A DNA stretch of 64,000 bases from Gemmatimonadota bacterium (GCA_041476105.1 JBGOSS010000006.1:1099-65098), one strand, 5' to 3'; shown: positions 11,545-21,270, counted from the first letter of the stretch. Program-made: numbers and translations. Notes: a model not told the origin generated them from the sequence alone.

Positions 11545-12660
11545 TTGAGAGTCAAGCGAATCACGGCCCTCCTGGTCCTCGCTGCCTGCAACGCCACCGA
11601 CCCCGGTACGCGTCTCACCTTCCAGGCCGTCTCGGCCGGCGCCCTGCATACTTGCGCCATCGCCGACAACGGCCGCCTCTATTGCTGGGGCCGCAACGCC
11701 TACGGACAGCTGGGCGACGGCTCCACCACCGACCGCCCCACGCCGGTGCCGGTCGACCCCTCGCTCCGCTTCGTGAAAGTCGCCGCCGGCTTCGCGCATA
11801 CCTGCGCCATCCGCGACAACGGCGGCGCGTACTGCTGGGGGGTCAACGGCCTCGGCGAGCTGGGCGACGGCACCAACACCCAGCGCAACACGCCCACCCC
11901 CGTCAGCGGCGGTCTCACCTTCGTCGAGATCAGCACCGGGGAAGGGATGAGCTGCGGCCTCACCGCCCGGGATTCGAGTCTCTACTGCTGGGGCACCGAT
12001 CTCATCGGCGTCAACGCTGCCCCCCGCGACTGGAAGCGCCCCGCGCGCTACGCCGCCGGCACGTACCTCGCCGTCTCGGTGGGCTACGAGATCGCCTGCG
12101 CCCTGGCCGTCGGCGGGCAGGCTACCTGCTGGGGCTACGGCGCCAAGGGCCAGCTCGGCGACGGCAATTTCCAGAGCAGCGACATTCCGGTGCCGGTCAC
12201 GTCGCCGATGCCGCTCCGCGGCATCAGCACCGGACACGACCATGCCTGCGGTGTGGATCTCCAAGGCGCCGTCTGGTGCTGGGGAGGGAACGACAATGGT
12301 CAGTTGGGCGTCACCCAGGGGCCGCCCCACGGCACTCCGGTGTCGGCCGCCGGCGGCCTCACCGTGGATAGCGTGACGGCACACAGCGCCGGGCATACCT
12401 GCGGCCTGATCGCCGGCGCCGCCCGGTGCTGGGGCTCGAATGCCTTCGGCCAGCTGGGCGACGGCGGCGCGACGTCGGGGCCCGTTGATCGCCCGCTGGC
12501 CGGCGGCCTGGTGCTCCGCCAGGTGAGCACCGGCTTCAGTCATTCCTGCGGACTCGACACCTCCGGCGCGCTCTGGTGCTGGGGCGACAACAGCGTGGGC
12601 CAGCTGGGCTCGCTGGACACGACCTCATCGAGGATTCCCCGGCTGGTGGCGAAGCCGTAG
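11545..12660 (+). CDS. RCC1-repeat (beta-propeller) lipoprotein
   Basis: TTG start and lipobox LLVLAAC. About seven repeats of the pattern HTCAI..G..YCWG.N..GQLGDG. Confidence 0.85.
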   Translation: MRVKRITALLVLAACNATDPGTRLTFQAVSAGALHTCAIADNGRLYCWGRNAYGQLGDGSTTDRPTPVPVDPSLRFVKVAAGFAHTCAIRDNGGAYCWGVNGLGELGDGTNTQRNTPTPVSGGLTFVEISTGEGMSCGLTARDSSLYCWGTDLIGVNAAPRDWKRPARYAAGTYLAVSVGYEIACALAVGGQATCWGYGAKGQLGDGNFQSSDIPVPVTSPMPLRGISTGHDHACGVDLQGAVWCWGGNDNGQLGVTQGPPHGTPVSAAGGLTVDSVTAHSAGHTCGLIAGAARCWGSNAFGQLGDGGATSGPVDRPLAGGLVLRQVSTGFSHSCGLDTSGALWCWGDNSVGQLGSLDTTSSRIPRLVAKP

Positions 12661-12713
12661 GACGCCGTTCGCGCGGCCGGACGCAGCACCGAGGGCGCGA
12701 TGCGCGGCCGCGG

Positions 12714-13241
12714 CTAGTGCCGACCCGCCGCCGGCGGCATCGGCGGCCGCAACATCGAATCGTTGTTCCAGGTGATCTCCGCGACGCGCCAGCCGGCATC
12801 GCTCCCATGATGCCAGTGGCTCAGGTACTTGCCGCCGAGCGTGATCGCCGAGGTCCGGCCCATCGCGGGCAGGGCGTAGCTCCACACTCCCCGATCCACC
12901 GCGATCGGGTCGCTGACGCTGATGTTCACGCTGGTGATCGACAGCGTGCCGCCCGGGATGCTCCCCGCGCGCATCCTCGCCGAGATGCTGTCCTTGCCGG
13001 TCGCGCCCGGCACGTCCGGCGGCATGACCACCCCGTCCGGCCTGAACAGGGTCGCGATCGAGTCGGGGTGATTCTGGTTGGTGTAGCGCACCCAGCTGGC
13101 GATGCCGGCCTGGATCGCGGTCCTTGCCGAGTCGGCTTGCGCCGCCATGCGGGTCTGTCGCTGTTCGGGTGTCTCCGCCGGCTTGCAGGCCGCCGCCGTG
13201 GCCGCCAGCACCATCATCCCGAGGGCTATTCCGGATCTCAT
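12714..13241 (-). CDS. SnoaL-like/DUF4440 (NTF2-fold) lipoprotein
   Basis: Start at MRSGIALGMMVLAATAAAC (lipobox), with GGAG 6 nt upstream. The alternative start is 13253. The body has an NTF2-like pattern (...IASWVRYTNQNHPDSIATLFRPDGVVMPP...GKYLSHWHH..GWRVAEITWN). Confidence 0.65.
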   Translation of the reverse strand: MRSGIALGMMVLAATAAACKPAETPEQRQTRMAAQADSARTAIQAGIASWVRYTNQNHPDSIATLFRPDGVVMPPDVPGATGKDSISARMRAGSIPGGTLSITSVNISVSDPIAVDRGVWSYALPAMGRTSAITLGGKYLSHWHHGSDAGWRVAEITWNNDSMLRPPMPPAAGRH

Positions 13242-13296
13242 CCTTCGCTCCATTGTTAGGGTTGCGGCGCCAAACATATCGCGCGTCCGGGTAGCC

Positions 13297-13401
13297 CGCG
13301 AGTAAAACTCGCGGCTCGGCAAGGCCGCCGCTGATAGCGGCGACGGGCAGATCCAGGCGGCTATCAGCCGCCAGTGCCGAGCAGCGGCTCTCAGCCGCTG
13401 A
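13297..13401. repeat. 105-nt intergenic four-hairpin element, copy 1 (copy 2 at 57791-57895)
   Basis: Four hairpins: CGCGAGT-AAA-ACTCGCG, CGCCGCT-GAT-AGCGGCG, GGCGGCT-ATC-AGCCGCC and AGCGGCT-CTC-AGCCGCT. Manual alignment to copy 2 gives 9 mismatches in 105 nt, none in a stem. Confidence 0.8.
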
Positions 13402-13433
13402 CGATTGTGGTCTCATGTGACCACATTCGGACT

Positions 13434-13730
13434 GTGAAAGCAGTCGGCATTCGCGAGCTGAAGGCTCGCCTCAGTGCGTTCTTGCGCGATGTCGAGCGCG
13501 GGGAAACCGTGCTGGTCACGGATCGCGGACGCGTCATCGCCGAGCTGCGCGCGCCGGGCGAGGTGCTCCTCCAGGAATCCGATCTCGACCGGCGGTTGCG
13601 CCAGCTTGCGGCACGCGTTCCCTTGACGGTGCGAGAGCCGCACCATCCCGACGCCTACAGGGCCACGCCCGTGCACGCGCCCGAAGGCACCTGGCGGGAG
13701 CTGCTTGACGAAGAACGCGGCGAGGCGTGA
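13434..13730 (+). CDS. Phd/YefM-family type II antitoxin
   Basis: GTG 13434, in frame within track ORF 13374..13730. VKAVGIRELKARLSAFLRDVERGETVLVTDRGRVIAELR is the canonical Phd/YefM N-terminal fold signature. Confidence 0.75.
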   Translation: MKAVGIRELKARLSAFLRDVERGETVLVTDRGRVIAELRAPGEVLLQESDLDRRLRQLAARVPLTVREPHHPDAYRATPVHAPEGTWRELLDEERGEA

Positions 13731-13768
13731 TCCTGTACGCCGAGAGCAGTGCGGTGCTCGCGTGGTGA
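13727..13768 (+). pseudogene. 13-codon stub of a PIN-domain (VapC-like) toxin gene
   Basis: GTG overlaps the antitoxin stop (GTGA). It translates to VILYAESSAVLAW*, which resembles the N-terminal strand plus first acidic residue of VapC/PIN toxins. The rest of the gene is missing, and the next gene starts at 13792. Confidence 0.4.
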
Positions 13769-13791
13769 TTCCCAGGGAGGACTGATCGGTC

Positions 13792-14469
13792 ATGCGCACA
13801 CTCTACTGGCTCCCCCGGATCTTCCTCGCCATCGGCGGGTTGATCCTGCTGCTGTCCTCCTGGCTCTATTCGCGTGAGCGCGCCTTCGTCACCCACGCGA
13901 CGCGCACCACCGGAACCGTCACCGAGCTGCACTACGAGACCAACACCAAGGGCGGCAGCGCGTACTACCCCGTCTTCTCCTTCGCGGACGCCCGCGGCCA
14001 GTCGGTCACGGTCCGCTCGCGCATCGGCTCGAACCCCGCATCGCGGCACGTCGGCGAAGCGGTGCCGATCCTCTACGACCCCGCCGATCCCCAGCACGCC
14101 AGCATCGAGAGCTATTTCAATCTCTATCTCGGCTCGTTCATCGTGTCGATCTTCGCGGTGGTCTTCGGCAGCATCGGCGGCATCTGGCTCTACCGCGACC
14201 GGCTCGCCGCCGACTTCGCCGAGGAGATGCGCCACTCCGGCGAGCGCATCCAGGCTCGCGTGGTCCAGATCGAGCGGCGCACCAACATCCGGGTCGGCAC
14301 GACGCATCCCTTCCGCATCATCGCCGAGGGAAGCGACGTCACCTTCAAGAGCGCGAACATCTGGTTCGACCCGACGCCGTACGTCGGCGAAACCGTGAAC
14401 GTCTTCGTGGACCGCAACAACCCCAAGCGGCACCTGGTGGACCTGGAGTTCCTGCCTAAGCCTTCATAG
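13792..14469 (+). CDS. DUF3592-like membrane protein
   Basis: N-terminal TM helix, then TGTVTELHYE...YYPVFSFADARGQSVTV...GEAVPILYDPADP, a second TM helix, and a second similar beta domain (ARVVQIERRTNIRV...GETVNVFVDRNNP). Confidence 0.75.
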   Translation: MRTLYWLPRIFLAIGGLILLLSSWLYSRERAFVTHATRTTGTVTELHYETNTKGGSAYYPVFSFADARGQSVTVRSRIGSNPASRHVGEAVPILYDPADPQHASIESYFNLYLGSFIVSIFAVVFGSIGGIWLYRDRLAADFAEEMRHSGERIQARVVQIERRTNIRVGTTHPFRIIAEGSDVTFKSANIWFDPTPYVGETVNVFVDRNNPKRHLVDLEFLPKPS

Positions 14470-15403
14470 CGCGATCCACCTCGGCCCGCCGCGGCATGGA
14501 GGCCGATGTCCCCGGCCTCGTCACCGAGACCCCTCCCGCGGCGCACCCGAACCGCGTCGCCTCGACCAGGTCCATCCCCTCGGCCAGGGCGATCGCCAGC
14601 GCGCCGTTGAATGCGTCTCCCGCGCCCGTGGTCTCCACCGCCGGCCCCGCGTCGTACGCGGGCACGTGCTCCGACAGGCGTCCGTTCCTCGCCAGAGCGC
14701 CCTGCGCGCCCAGCGTCACGATCACGTTCCGCGCGCCGCGCGCCAGCAGCACATCGGCGGCGCGCTCGGCATCGGCCGCCGATGCCACGGCGAAGCCGAC
14801 GAGGCGGGCGGCCTCACTCTCGTTCGGTGTGAGGTAGTCGCACAGCTCGTAGACGCCGGCGGCCAGCGCCAGGGCCGGGGCGGGATTGAGGATCGTCGTC
14901 ACGCCGGCGCGCCGCGCCAGCGCGAGCCCCCGCGCCACCACCGGCGGCGCCAGCTCGAGCTGGGTGACGAAGACCGCCGAGTCGCCGATACGACCGGCGG
15001 CACGCTCCACGTCCTCCACCGTCAGGTGCATCCCCGACCCGGGATCCACGACGATCGCGTTCTCGCCCGTGGCGGCGTGTACCACGACGGCCGCGGCGCC
15101 GGTGCCGTGGTCCGGCGACTCGCAGCAAAGGGCCGCATCGATCCCCTCCGCCTTCCAGGTGCGCCGCGCCAGGTCGCCGAAGGGGTCGCGTCCCAGCTTG
15201 CCGATGAAGCACACCCGACCGCCGAGCCGCGCGGCCGCGACCGCCTGGTTCGACCCCTTGCCGCCCGCCCCGATCCGGAACGCGTCGCCGAGGACGGTCT
15301 GTCCCCAGAGCGGCAGCACGTCGGCGCGGAAGGTGAGATCCGCGATGAAGCTGCCCATGAACGTCACCCATCGGCCGGAGCCGCCCTCCCGTCCGCGCGT
15401 CAC
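14456..15403 (-). CDS. rbsK: Ribokinase (PfkB family)
   Basis: GSFIADLTF, GAGGKGSNQAVAAARLG, and the C-terminal TTGAGDAFNGALA anion-hole/catalytic motif. Confidence 0.85.
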   Translation of the reverse strand: MTRGREGGSGRWVTFMGSFIADLTFRADVLPLWGQTVLGDAFRIGAGGKGSNQAVAAARLGGRVCFIGKLGRDPFGDLARRTWKAEGIDAALCCESPDHGTGAAAVVVHAATGENAIVVDPGSGMHLTVEDVERAAGRIGDSAVFVTQLELAPPVVARGLALARRAGVTTILNPAPALALAAGVYELCDYLTPNESEAARLVGFAVASAADAERAADVLLARGARNVIVTLGAQGALARNGRLSEHVPAYDAGPAVETTGAGDAFNGALAIALAEGMDLVEATRFGCAAGGVSVTRPGTSASMPRRAEVDRAMKA

Positions 15404-15504
15404 GCCACCAACCTACCGCGCCAGGGGCGGCCTCTCCACTACTATTCACTGAAGGTGCCAGGCGACACGAAGTCGACGCATCCCTTGAATGCAGGAGTCG
15501 CAGC

Positions 15505-16641
15505 ATGCTTCGCAGCAGACTGATGACGGCCCTGGCGGCCACCACGCTCGCGGCGTGCAGCGAGTACACCGGCCCCGCGCGCCAGGAGACGGGCTTCGAG
15601 GCGCCGGTCGCCTACGCGGTCGGCGGCACCAACCCGTCGGCCCTCGCCGTCGGCGACGTCAACGGCGACGGGCGCGCTGACATCATCACGCTCGACACCG
15701 TCCTCGGCGCTGCTCGCGTGGCGACCGGCAATGCCGGGGGCGGCTTCACGGCCATCGCCTCGATTACGCTGGGTGCCGGTGCGCGCGACCTGCGCGTCGC
15801 CGACGTCTCGCGCGATCTCATCGCCGACATCCTGGTCATCGCCCAGAGCGAGCTGCGGGTGTCGCGCGGCGGGGGCGGCGGTCCCGGCGCCGCCACGCCG
15901 ATCACGCTGCCCGGGCCGACCGCCGCGCTCACCATCGGCGACCTCGACGGCGACGCACAGGCCGACGTGAGCGTGCTGTACCAGGAGGCCAACAACAAGC
16001 TCGGCCTGGCGGCGTATGGGCCGCGGGCGAGCGACAGTACGCTGGCCTCGATCGTGAGCTATACCTCGACGTCGAGCGCGACCGCGACGCGCGCCTGCGT
16101 GGCCGACGTGACCGGCGAAGGCCAGCCTGACCTGGTGATCGCCACGACGAGCTTGGCGGAGCCGCTGGTAGTGTTTCGGAACACCGGCGGCCCGACCTTC
16201 GACCCGCTGGTGTCGGCGGGTTCGGGCACGCTCAGCGGCCACGCCGATGCGGTGCTTGCCTGCGTGGACCTCGATGGGGATGGCAACGTGGATGTGATAG
16301 TGCTCGAGCCCGGCACCCAGGCCCGGCTGAGCCTCTTTCTCGGCGTGCCGGGCGGCGTGGCGCTTGCCTTCAGCGACCTGGTCGGATCGGCGAGCGACAT
16401 GGTGGCGCTGGACGCAAACGGCGACAACATTCCGGACCTCGCCATCGCCCGGCCCGATTCGAACGGCGTCGAAGTCCTGCTCAACGACCGCACTGGCCTC
16501 CAGTCGGTCGGCGTCGCTCCGGCGGGCCTCTCGCCCCGGCACCTCGCCGTGGCCGACGTGGACAAGGATGGCGTGCCCGACCTGGTGGTCACGATCGCGG
16601 GCGGATCGGTGGCGGTGCTGAGGAATGGTCGCGGGCCCTGA
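15505..16641 (+). CDS. FG-GAP/VCBS-repeat lipoprotein
   Basis: Lipobox LAATTLAAC. Repeated motifs: VGDVNGDGRADI, IGDLDGDAQADV, CVDLDGDGNVDV, LDANGDNIPDL and VADVDKDGVPDLV. Confidence 0.8.
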   Translation: MLRSRLMTALAATTLAACSEYTGPARQETGFEAPVAYAVGGTNPSALAVGDVNGDGRADIITLDTVLGAARVATGNAGGGFTAIASITLGAGARDLRVADVSRDLIADILVIAQSELRVSRGGGGGPGAATPITLPGPTAALTIGDLDGDAQADVSVLYQEANNKLGLAAYGPRASDSTLASIVSYTSTSSATATRACVADVTGEGQPDLVIATTSLAEPLVVFRNTGGPTFDPLVSAGSGTLSGHADAVLACVDLDGDGNVDVIVLEPGTQARLSLFLGVPGGVALAFSDLVGSASDMVALDANGDNIPDLAIARPDSNGVEVLLNDRTGLQSVGVAPAGLSPRHLAVADVDKDGVPDLVVTIAGGSVAVLRNGRGP

Positions 16642-16710
16642 GTGCCAGGCGGGCACGGCGCGGGGGCCCCATTGCTGGCCGTCGGGGCCGTGGGACTCTA
16701 GCTTTGGCCC

Positions 16711-17157
16711 ATGACCGAACCTGGCCAGAGCGAGCCCATCTCGGGCGACGCCCACACCGCGGACACGCCCATCCCGCCGCGCCGGACCCGGTGGTGGCAC
16801 CACTGGAAGATGATCCTCGCCGCCGCCGTGGTGGCGCCCCTCCTGGCCTTCGCCCTCTTCACTTTCGTGGCACTGCACTGGAGCTACTCCGACGGCGAGC
16901 GGGCCGGCACACTCCAGAAATTCTCGCACAAGGGATGGCTCTGCAAAACCTGGGAAGGCGAGCTGATGCAGCCCACCGCCCCGGGCGTCGCGCCCACCGT
17001 CTGGACCTTCACGGTGCGCGACGACAGCGTGGCGCGGCTGGTCAACAGCGGCCTCGGCAAGCGCGTCGTTCTGGGCTACCACGAGCACCGGGGCGTGCCG
17101 ACGACGTGCTTCGGGGAGACCAGCTACTACGTGAGCGCCGTCCGGATCGAGCGCTGA
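16711..17157 (+). CDS. Hypothetical single-pass membrane protein
   Basis: One TM helix (ILAAAVVAPLLAFALFTFVAL), then a small domain YSDGERAGTLQKFSHKGWLCKTWEGEL. No family assigned. Confidence 0.6.
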   Translation: MTEPGQSEPISGDAHTADTPIPPRRTRWWHHWKMILAAAVVAPLLAFALFTFVALHWSYSDGERAGTLQKFSHKGWLCKTWEGELMQPTAPGVAPTVWTFTVRDDSVARLVNSGLGKRVVLGYHEHRGVPTTCFGETSYYVSAVRIER

Positions 17158-17247
17158 CGACGGCGGCGCGAGCGGTCTCGCGGGCGCGGCTCCGCGCGCG
17201 AGAGGGGCCAACTGGCGCGCGCGTCACACCGACGTAGCTTTCTAGCC

Positions 17248-19800
17248 TTGAGCGACACCCCGACTATTCTGGAACGACTGCAAGCCGCGCTCGGCGACCG
17301 CTACCAGGTCGAGCGTCAGATCGGCGCCGGCGGCATGGCCACGGTGTACCTGGCCCGGGACATCCGCCACGAGCGCGCGGTCGCGATCAAGGTCCTGCAC
17401 CCCGACCTCGCGGCCACGGTCGGCGCCGACCGGTTCGAGCGCGAGATCCGCACCGCCGCCAAGCTCCAGCACCCGCACATCCTCACGCTCTACGATTCGG
17501 GCGCCGCCGACGGACTCCTCTACTATGTCATGCCGTTCGTCCCGGGCGACTCGCTGCGCGACCGCCTGAACCGCGATCGCATGCTCCCGCTGGACGACGC
17601 GCTCGGCATCACCCTCGAAGTCCTGGACGCGCTGGGGTACGCGCACACCTTCGGCATCATCCACCGCGACATCAAGCCCGAGAATGTGCTGCTCGCCAAC
17701 GGCCACGCGCTGGTGGCCGACTTCGGGATCGCCCGGGCCGTGACGTCGGCCACCGAGCAGAAGCTGACCCAGACCGGCACCTCCGTCGGGACGCCGCTCT
17801 ACATGAGCCCCGAGCAGGCCTCGGGCGACGAGGTGGGGCCCAGCTCCGACCTCTACAGCGTCGCCTGCATGGCGTACGAGATGCTGACCGGCGCACCGCC
17901 GTTCACGGGCGCCAACGCCCGCGCCATCATGGCCCGTCACACCATGGACTCGGTGCCCAGCATCCGGATCGTGCGCGACACCGTTCCCGAGGAGGTCGAG
18001 GACGCGTTGATGTGGGCGCTGAACAAGGTGCCCGCCGACCGGCCCGCGACGGCGGCCCAGCTCGCGGAGGCGTTAGGCACGCCGCTGGGCGCGACCGCGA
18101 CGCGCCGCGCGCCGAGCCGCATGCGGCTGACCGCGTCGGCCGCGGGCCGGTCCACGCCCGGCACCCGACGGGTCAGCGGCGCGTTCGCCCCGCCGTGGTG
18201 GCGCCGCCCCCTGGTCATGGGGAGCGTCGCGTTGGCCGTCGTGGGCGCCTCGGCGGCCCTGCTCGTGGCCCGCCGCGCGGGGGCGCGCCGCGAGGCGCCG
18301 GGCGGTCTCGACCCGCGCAGCGTCGCGGTGCTCTACTTCGATGCCGCCGACTCGGGCCTCGCGGTGCTCGGCGACGGTCTCACCGAGGGCCTGATCGGCG
18401 CGCTCTCCAGCGTCGGGGCGCTGCACGTCGTCTCCGCGGGCGGCTCGGCGTCGGTGAAGGGCAGCGGGCTGCCGCTCGACAGCATCGCGCGCGCGCTCAA
18501 GGCGGGCACGCTGGTGCGGGGCGACGTCGAGCGCGACGGCGGCGAGGTGCGGGTGACGGTGCGCCTGGTGGATGGCACCGACGGCGCCGAGATCGACCGG
18601 GCGAGCTTCCACCGGCCGGCGGCCGAAGCCCTCGGCCTGCGCGATTCGCTGGTGGAGCAGGCGGCGCGCCTGGTGCGCAAGCGGCTCGGCGAGGAAATCC
18701 AGGTGCGCACGGCGCGCGCGGGCGCGGCCAATTCCGAGGCATGGGTGATGCTCCAGCGGGCGCAGCGGCTCACCCGCCAGGCCGATTCCCTCGCCGGGTC
18801 CGGCGACGCGGCCGGCGCCGATCGCGTCGCCACGCAGGCCGACTCCGTCGCCGCGCGGGCCGAAACCCTCGATCGCCGCTGGAGCGCCCCGGCCGTGGCC
18901 CGGGCGATGGTCGCGTACCGCCGCTCGCGCCGCTTTACCGGTGACCCGATCACGGCGCGCCCGGCCATCGACATCGGCGTCGGCCATGTGAACCGCGCCT
19001 TGGCGCTCGACCCGCAGAGCGCCGACGCCTTCGAGCTGCGCGGCAACCTGCGCTACTGGAAGTGGCTGCTCGGCCTGGAGCCCGACGAGACGCGGGCGAA
19101 GGCGCTGCTCGACAGCGCGCAGGCGGATCTCGAGAAGGCGGTGGACCTCAACCCGCAGCAGGCGGGCGCGTGGGCCTCGCTGTCGCACCTGTACAACCAG
19201 ACCAAGACGAACACCGACATCAACATCGCGGCACGGCGCGCCCTGGAGGCCGACGCCTTCCTGTCGAATGCCGACAAGATCCTCCAGCGCCTGTTCCTGT
19301 CGTCCTACGACCTCGGCAACGCGGTGGATGCCGGCCGGTGGTGCGCCGAGGGCGCGCAGCGCTTCCCCGGCAACTGGATCTTCATCGAGTGCCGCATGCT
19401 GGTGATGTCGACGCGCGCGGTCCCACCCGACGTCCCACGCGCCTGGCGGCTCGCTGATTCGCTGGTCGCGGCCACGCCGGACCAGGATCGGCCGTACCAG
19501 CGCCTGCATGCTCTCGCCTTGGTGGCGGCCGTCCTCGCGCGCGCCGAGCTGCGCGACAGCGCACGCGCCGTGCTGGCGCGCGCGCGCGCCACACCGGATG
19601 TCGACCCCAGCCGCGACATCGCACTGTTCTCGGGCTTCGTCCGTGTACTGCTCGGAGACAGCACGGAGGCGGTGAGCCAGCTCGGCGCGTACCTGGCCGC
19701 GAATCCCGGCCGGCGCAAGAACTTCGCCGATGATGCCGGCTGGTGGTTCCGGCCCATCCAGTCGAATCCCGGCTACCGGAGGCTGGTCGGAGCCCCCTGA
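17248..19800 (+). CDS. Ser/Thr protein kinase with TM segment and C-terminal TPR-like region
   Basis: TTG start. GAGGMATVYLA, VAIK, HRDIKPENVLL, DFGIA, GTPLYMSPEQ. TM helix around VMGSVALAVVGASAALLV. The C-terminal half is helical and repeat-rich. Confidence 0.9.
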   Translation: MSDTPTILERLQAALGDRYQVERQIGAGGMATVYLARDIRHERAVAIKVLHPDLAATVGADRFEREIRTAAKLQHPHILTLYDSGAADGLLYYVMPFVPGDSLRDRLNRDRMLPLDDALGITLEVLDALGYAHTFGIIHRDIKPENVLLANGHALVADFGIARAVTSATEQKLTQTGTSVGTPLYMSPEQASGDEVGPSSDLYSVACMAYEMLTGAPPFTGANARAIMARHTMDSVPSIRIVRDTVPEEVEDALMWALNKVPADRPATAAQLAEALGTPLGATATRRAPSRMRLTASAAGRSTPGTRRVSGAFAPPWWRRPLVMGSVALAVVGASAALLVARRAGARREAPGGLDPRSVAVLYFDAADSGLAVLGDGLTEGLIGALSSVGALHVVSAGGSASVKGSGLPLDSIARALKAGTLVRGDVERDGGEVRVTVRLVDGTDGAEIDRASFHRPAAEALGLRDSLVEQAARLVRKRLGEEIQVRTARAGAANSEAWVMLQRAQRLTRQADSLAGSGDAAGADRVATQADSVAARAETLDRRWSAPAVARAMVAYRRSRRFTGDPITARPAIDIGVGHVNRALALDPQSADAFELRGNLRYWKWLLGLEPDETRAKALLDSAQADLEKAVDLNPQQAGAWASLSHLYNQTKTNTDINIAARRALEADAFLSNADKILQRLFLSSYDLGNAVDAGRWCAEGAQRFPGNWIFIECRMLVMSTRAVPPDVPRAWRLADSLVAATPDQDRPYQRLHALALVAAVLARAELRDSARAVLARARATPDVDPSRDIALFSGFVRVLLGDSTEAVSQLGAYLAANPGRRKNFADDAGWWFRPIQSNPGYRRLVGAP

Positions 19801-19883
19801 GCGAAGGGCCCGTTCCTTGCGGTAACTCCGGGTTTGGTTCTGCCTCCGTTCCCGTCACCCCCCCAGTTGTGAGGAGAATCTTC

Positions 19884-21131
19884 ATGAAGTGGTCTCGACT
19901 CCTCGTCCCGGCGTGTGTCTTTCTTGCGGCATGTGGCGAGCAGGCGACGCGTTCGGTCGAGCCTCCCAGCTTCTCGCACGGTGGTGGCGGCGGCAGCACG
20001 CCGGCCGGCTGTGCCCAGCCCGACAGCGCCCGGAAGCTGATCGACGCCCTCTTCCGCAGCGATTCCCGCTCCTCGACCCGGTCCCGCTACGACCAGCTGG
20101 TCCAGAAGTCCAGCAACCAGAGCCCGGCGCAGCTCCAGAGCCAGGCGATCCAACTCGTCGACTTCATCCTCAAGAAGTACCACGCGGGCCACCTGATCGG
20201 CGGCACGTCGATCGCGACGCAGAACAAGGTCATCGCGCTGTTGAACGCGGTGCTCTGCGCCGTGGGTCTGCCGCAGAGCTTCGGCCCCGGCTCGCTCAGC
20301 GACGAACATGCGGCGGCGGTCATTTATCCTGCCACGCAGGACACGAACGTCGTGACCGGCACCAAGTTCGCGGGCGTCACGATTCCGCAGGGCTCGGTCA
20401 CCGTGCCGACGCTGGTGCAGATCGACCGCCTGCCGGGCACCGGGCCGCTGGCGACCCTGCTCGACCAGTATCCGCTCTTCTATGAGTACGACGCGACCCC
20501 GGCGCAGACCTTCACGCACGATGTGACGGTCGGTGTGTGCCTGGCGAACAACGCGACGCCGCCCGATCCCAGCCGCCTGCGCGTGGCGCACAACGTGGCC
20601 GCGGGCGGTATCGAGATCGCGCCGCTCGCGATCGTCGGGTTCCTCGACTGCACCAACGCGAACGTCGCCGCGGTGCCGGGCTCGGTGCTGCGCGACCTGG
20701 CCCGAGGCGGACGCCGCCTGTTGCGCGACGCCTTCGCGATGCTCGGCCCACAGCAACTGTACGCCTTCGCGGGCACGGGCATCGGCGGCACGGTGCGGAC
20801 GTTCAGCCCGTTCGGTCTCGTGGACCCGTTCGCCGTGATGACCATGTCGGCGCCGGCGGTGCAGTATGCCAATCCGCTGATCCCGCCCGCCGTGACGATC
20901 ACGACTCCGCTGGGCCGTCCGCTGCCGGACATTCCGGTGTTGTTCACGAAGGACCGCGGGATCCTGACGGGTGGCAACACCGTGACCAACGCCAGTGGGT
21001 TCGCTTCGGCGACGTTCTGGAGTCCCAACGATGCGAATCCGAGCATTGCGACCGCCACGGCAACGGCACCCACGGGTGTGACGATTGGCGGCAACCCGGC
21101 GCTCTTCTTCGGGTACCAGCCCAAGCCGTAA
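19884..21131 (+). CDS. Hypothetical lipoprotein with C-terminal Ig-like (Big-type) segment
   Basis: GAGGAG 7 nt upstream of the ATG. Lipobox VFLAAC. C-terminus VTITTPLGRPLPDIPVLFT...GNTVTNASGFASATFWS resembles a bacterial Ig-like fold. The track ORF start at 19743 lies upstream of the SD-supported ATG at 19884. Confidence 0.65.
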   Translation: MKWSRLLVPACVFLAACGEQATRSVEPPSFSHGGGGGSTPAGCAQPDSARKLIDALFRSDSRSSTRSRYDQLVQKSSNQSPAQLQSQAIQLVDFILKKYHAGHLIGGTSIATQNKVIALLNAVLCAVGLPQSFGPGSLSDEHAAAVIYPATQDTNVVTGTKFAGVTIPQGSVTVPTLVQIDRLPGTGPLATLLDQYPLFYEYDATPAQTFTHDVTVGVCLANNATPPDPSRLRVAHNVAAGGIEIAPLAIVGFLDCTNANVAAVPGSVLRDLARGGRRLLRDAFAMLGPQQLYAFAGTGIGGTVRTFSPFGLVDPFAVMTMSAPAVQYANPLIPPAVTITTPLGRPLPDIPVLFTKDRGILTGGNTVTNASGFASATFWSPNDANPSIATATATAPTGVTIGGNPALFFGYQPKP

Positions 21132-21159
21132 CGCGTCGCGGCTCCAGGGAAGTACAGGC

Positions 21160-21190
21160 AAGGGCCTCGCGAAAGCGGGGCCTTTCGCCT
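21160..21190 (+). terminator. Candidate intrinsic terminator after 19884..21131
   Basis: AAGGGCCUCGC-GAAA-GCGGGGCCUUU stem (11 bp with two G-U pairs) and a GNRA loop, running into UUUCGCCUU. Found 29 nt after the stop codon. Confidence 0.4.
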
Positions 21191-21270
21191 TACCGCTACT
21201 CGGCCGCGTGAGAAGAATCCACCGATCGGTGCGTCCTCCTGTACGCAGGCATCTCACCCCGGGAGGGTAC

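Noticed and set aside
13356-13401. Transcription attenuator interpretation of hairpins 3 and 4 of the repeat element (alternative 2:3 pairing possible)
   Set aside because: No U-tract follows hairpin 4 in either copy and there is no leader peptide. The same element occurs in front of unrelated genes. A dispersed REP-like element is more likely.
15442-17211. 589-aa ORF on the - strand
   Set aside because: It is antisense to the FG-GAP lipoprotein gene and the small membrane protein gene, and has no motifs.
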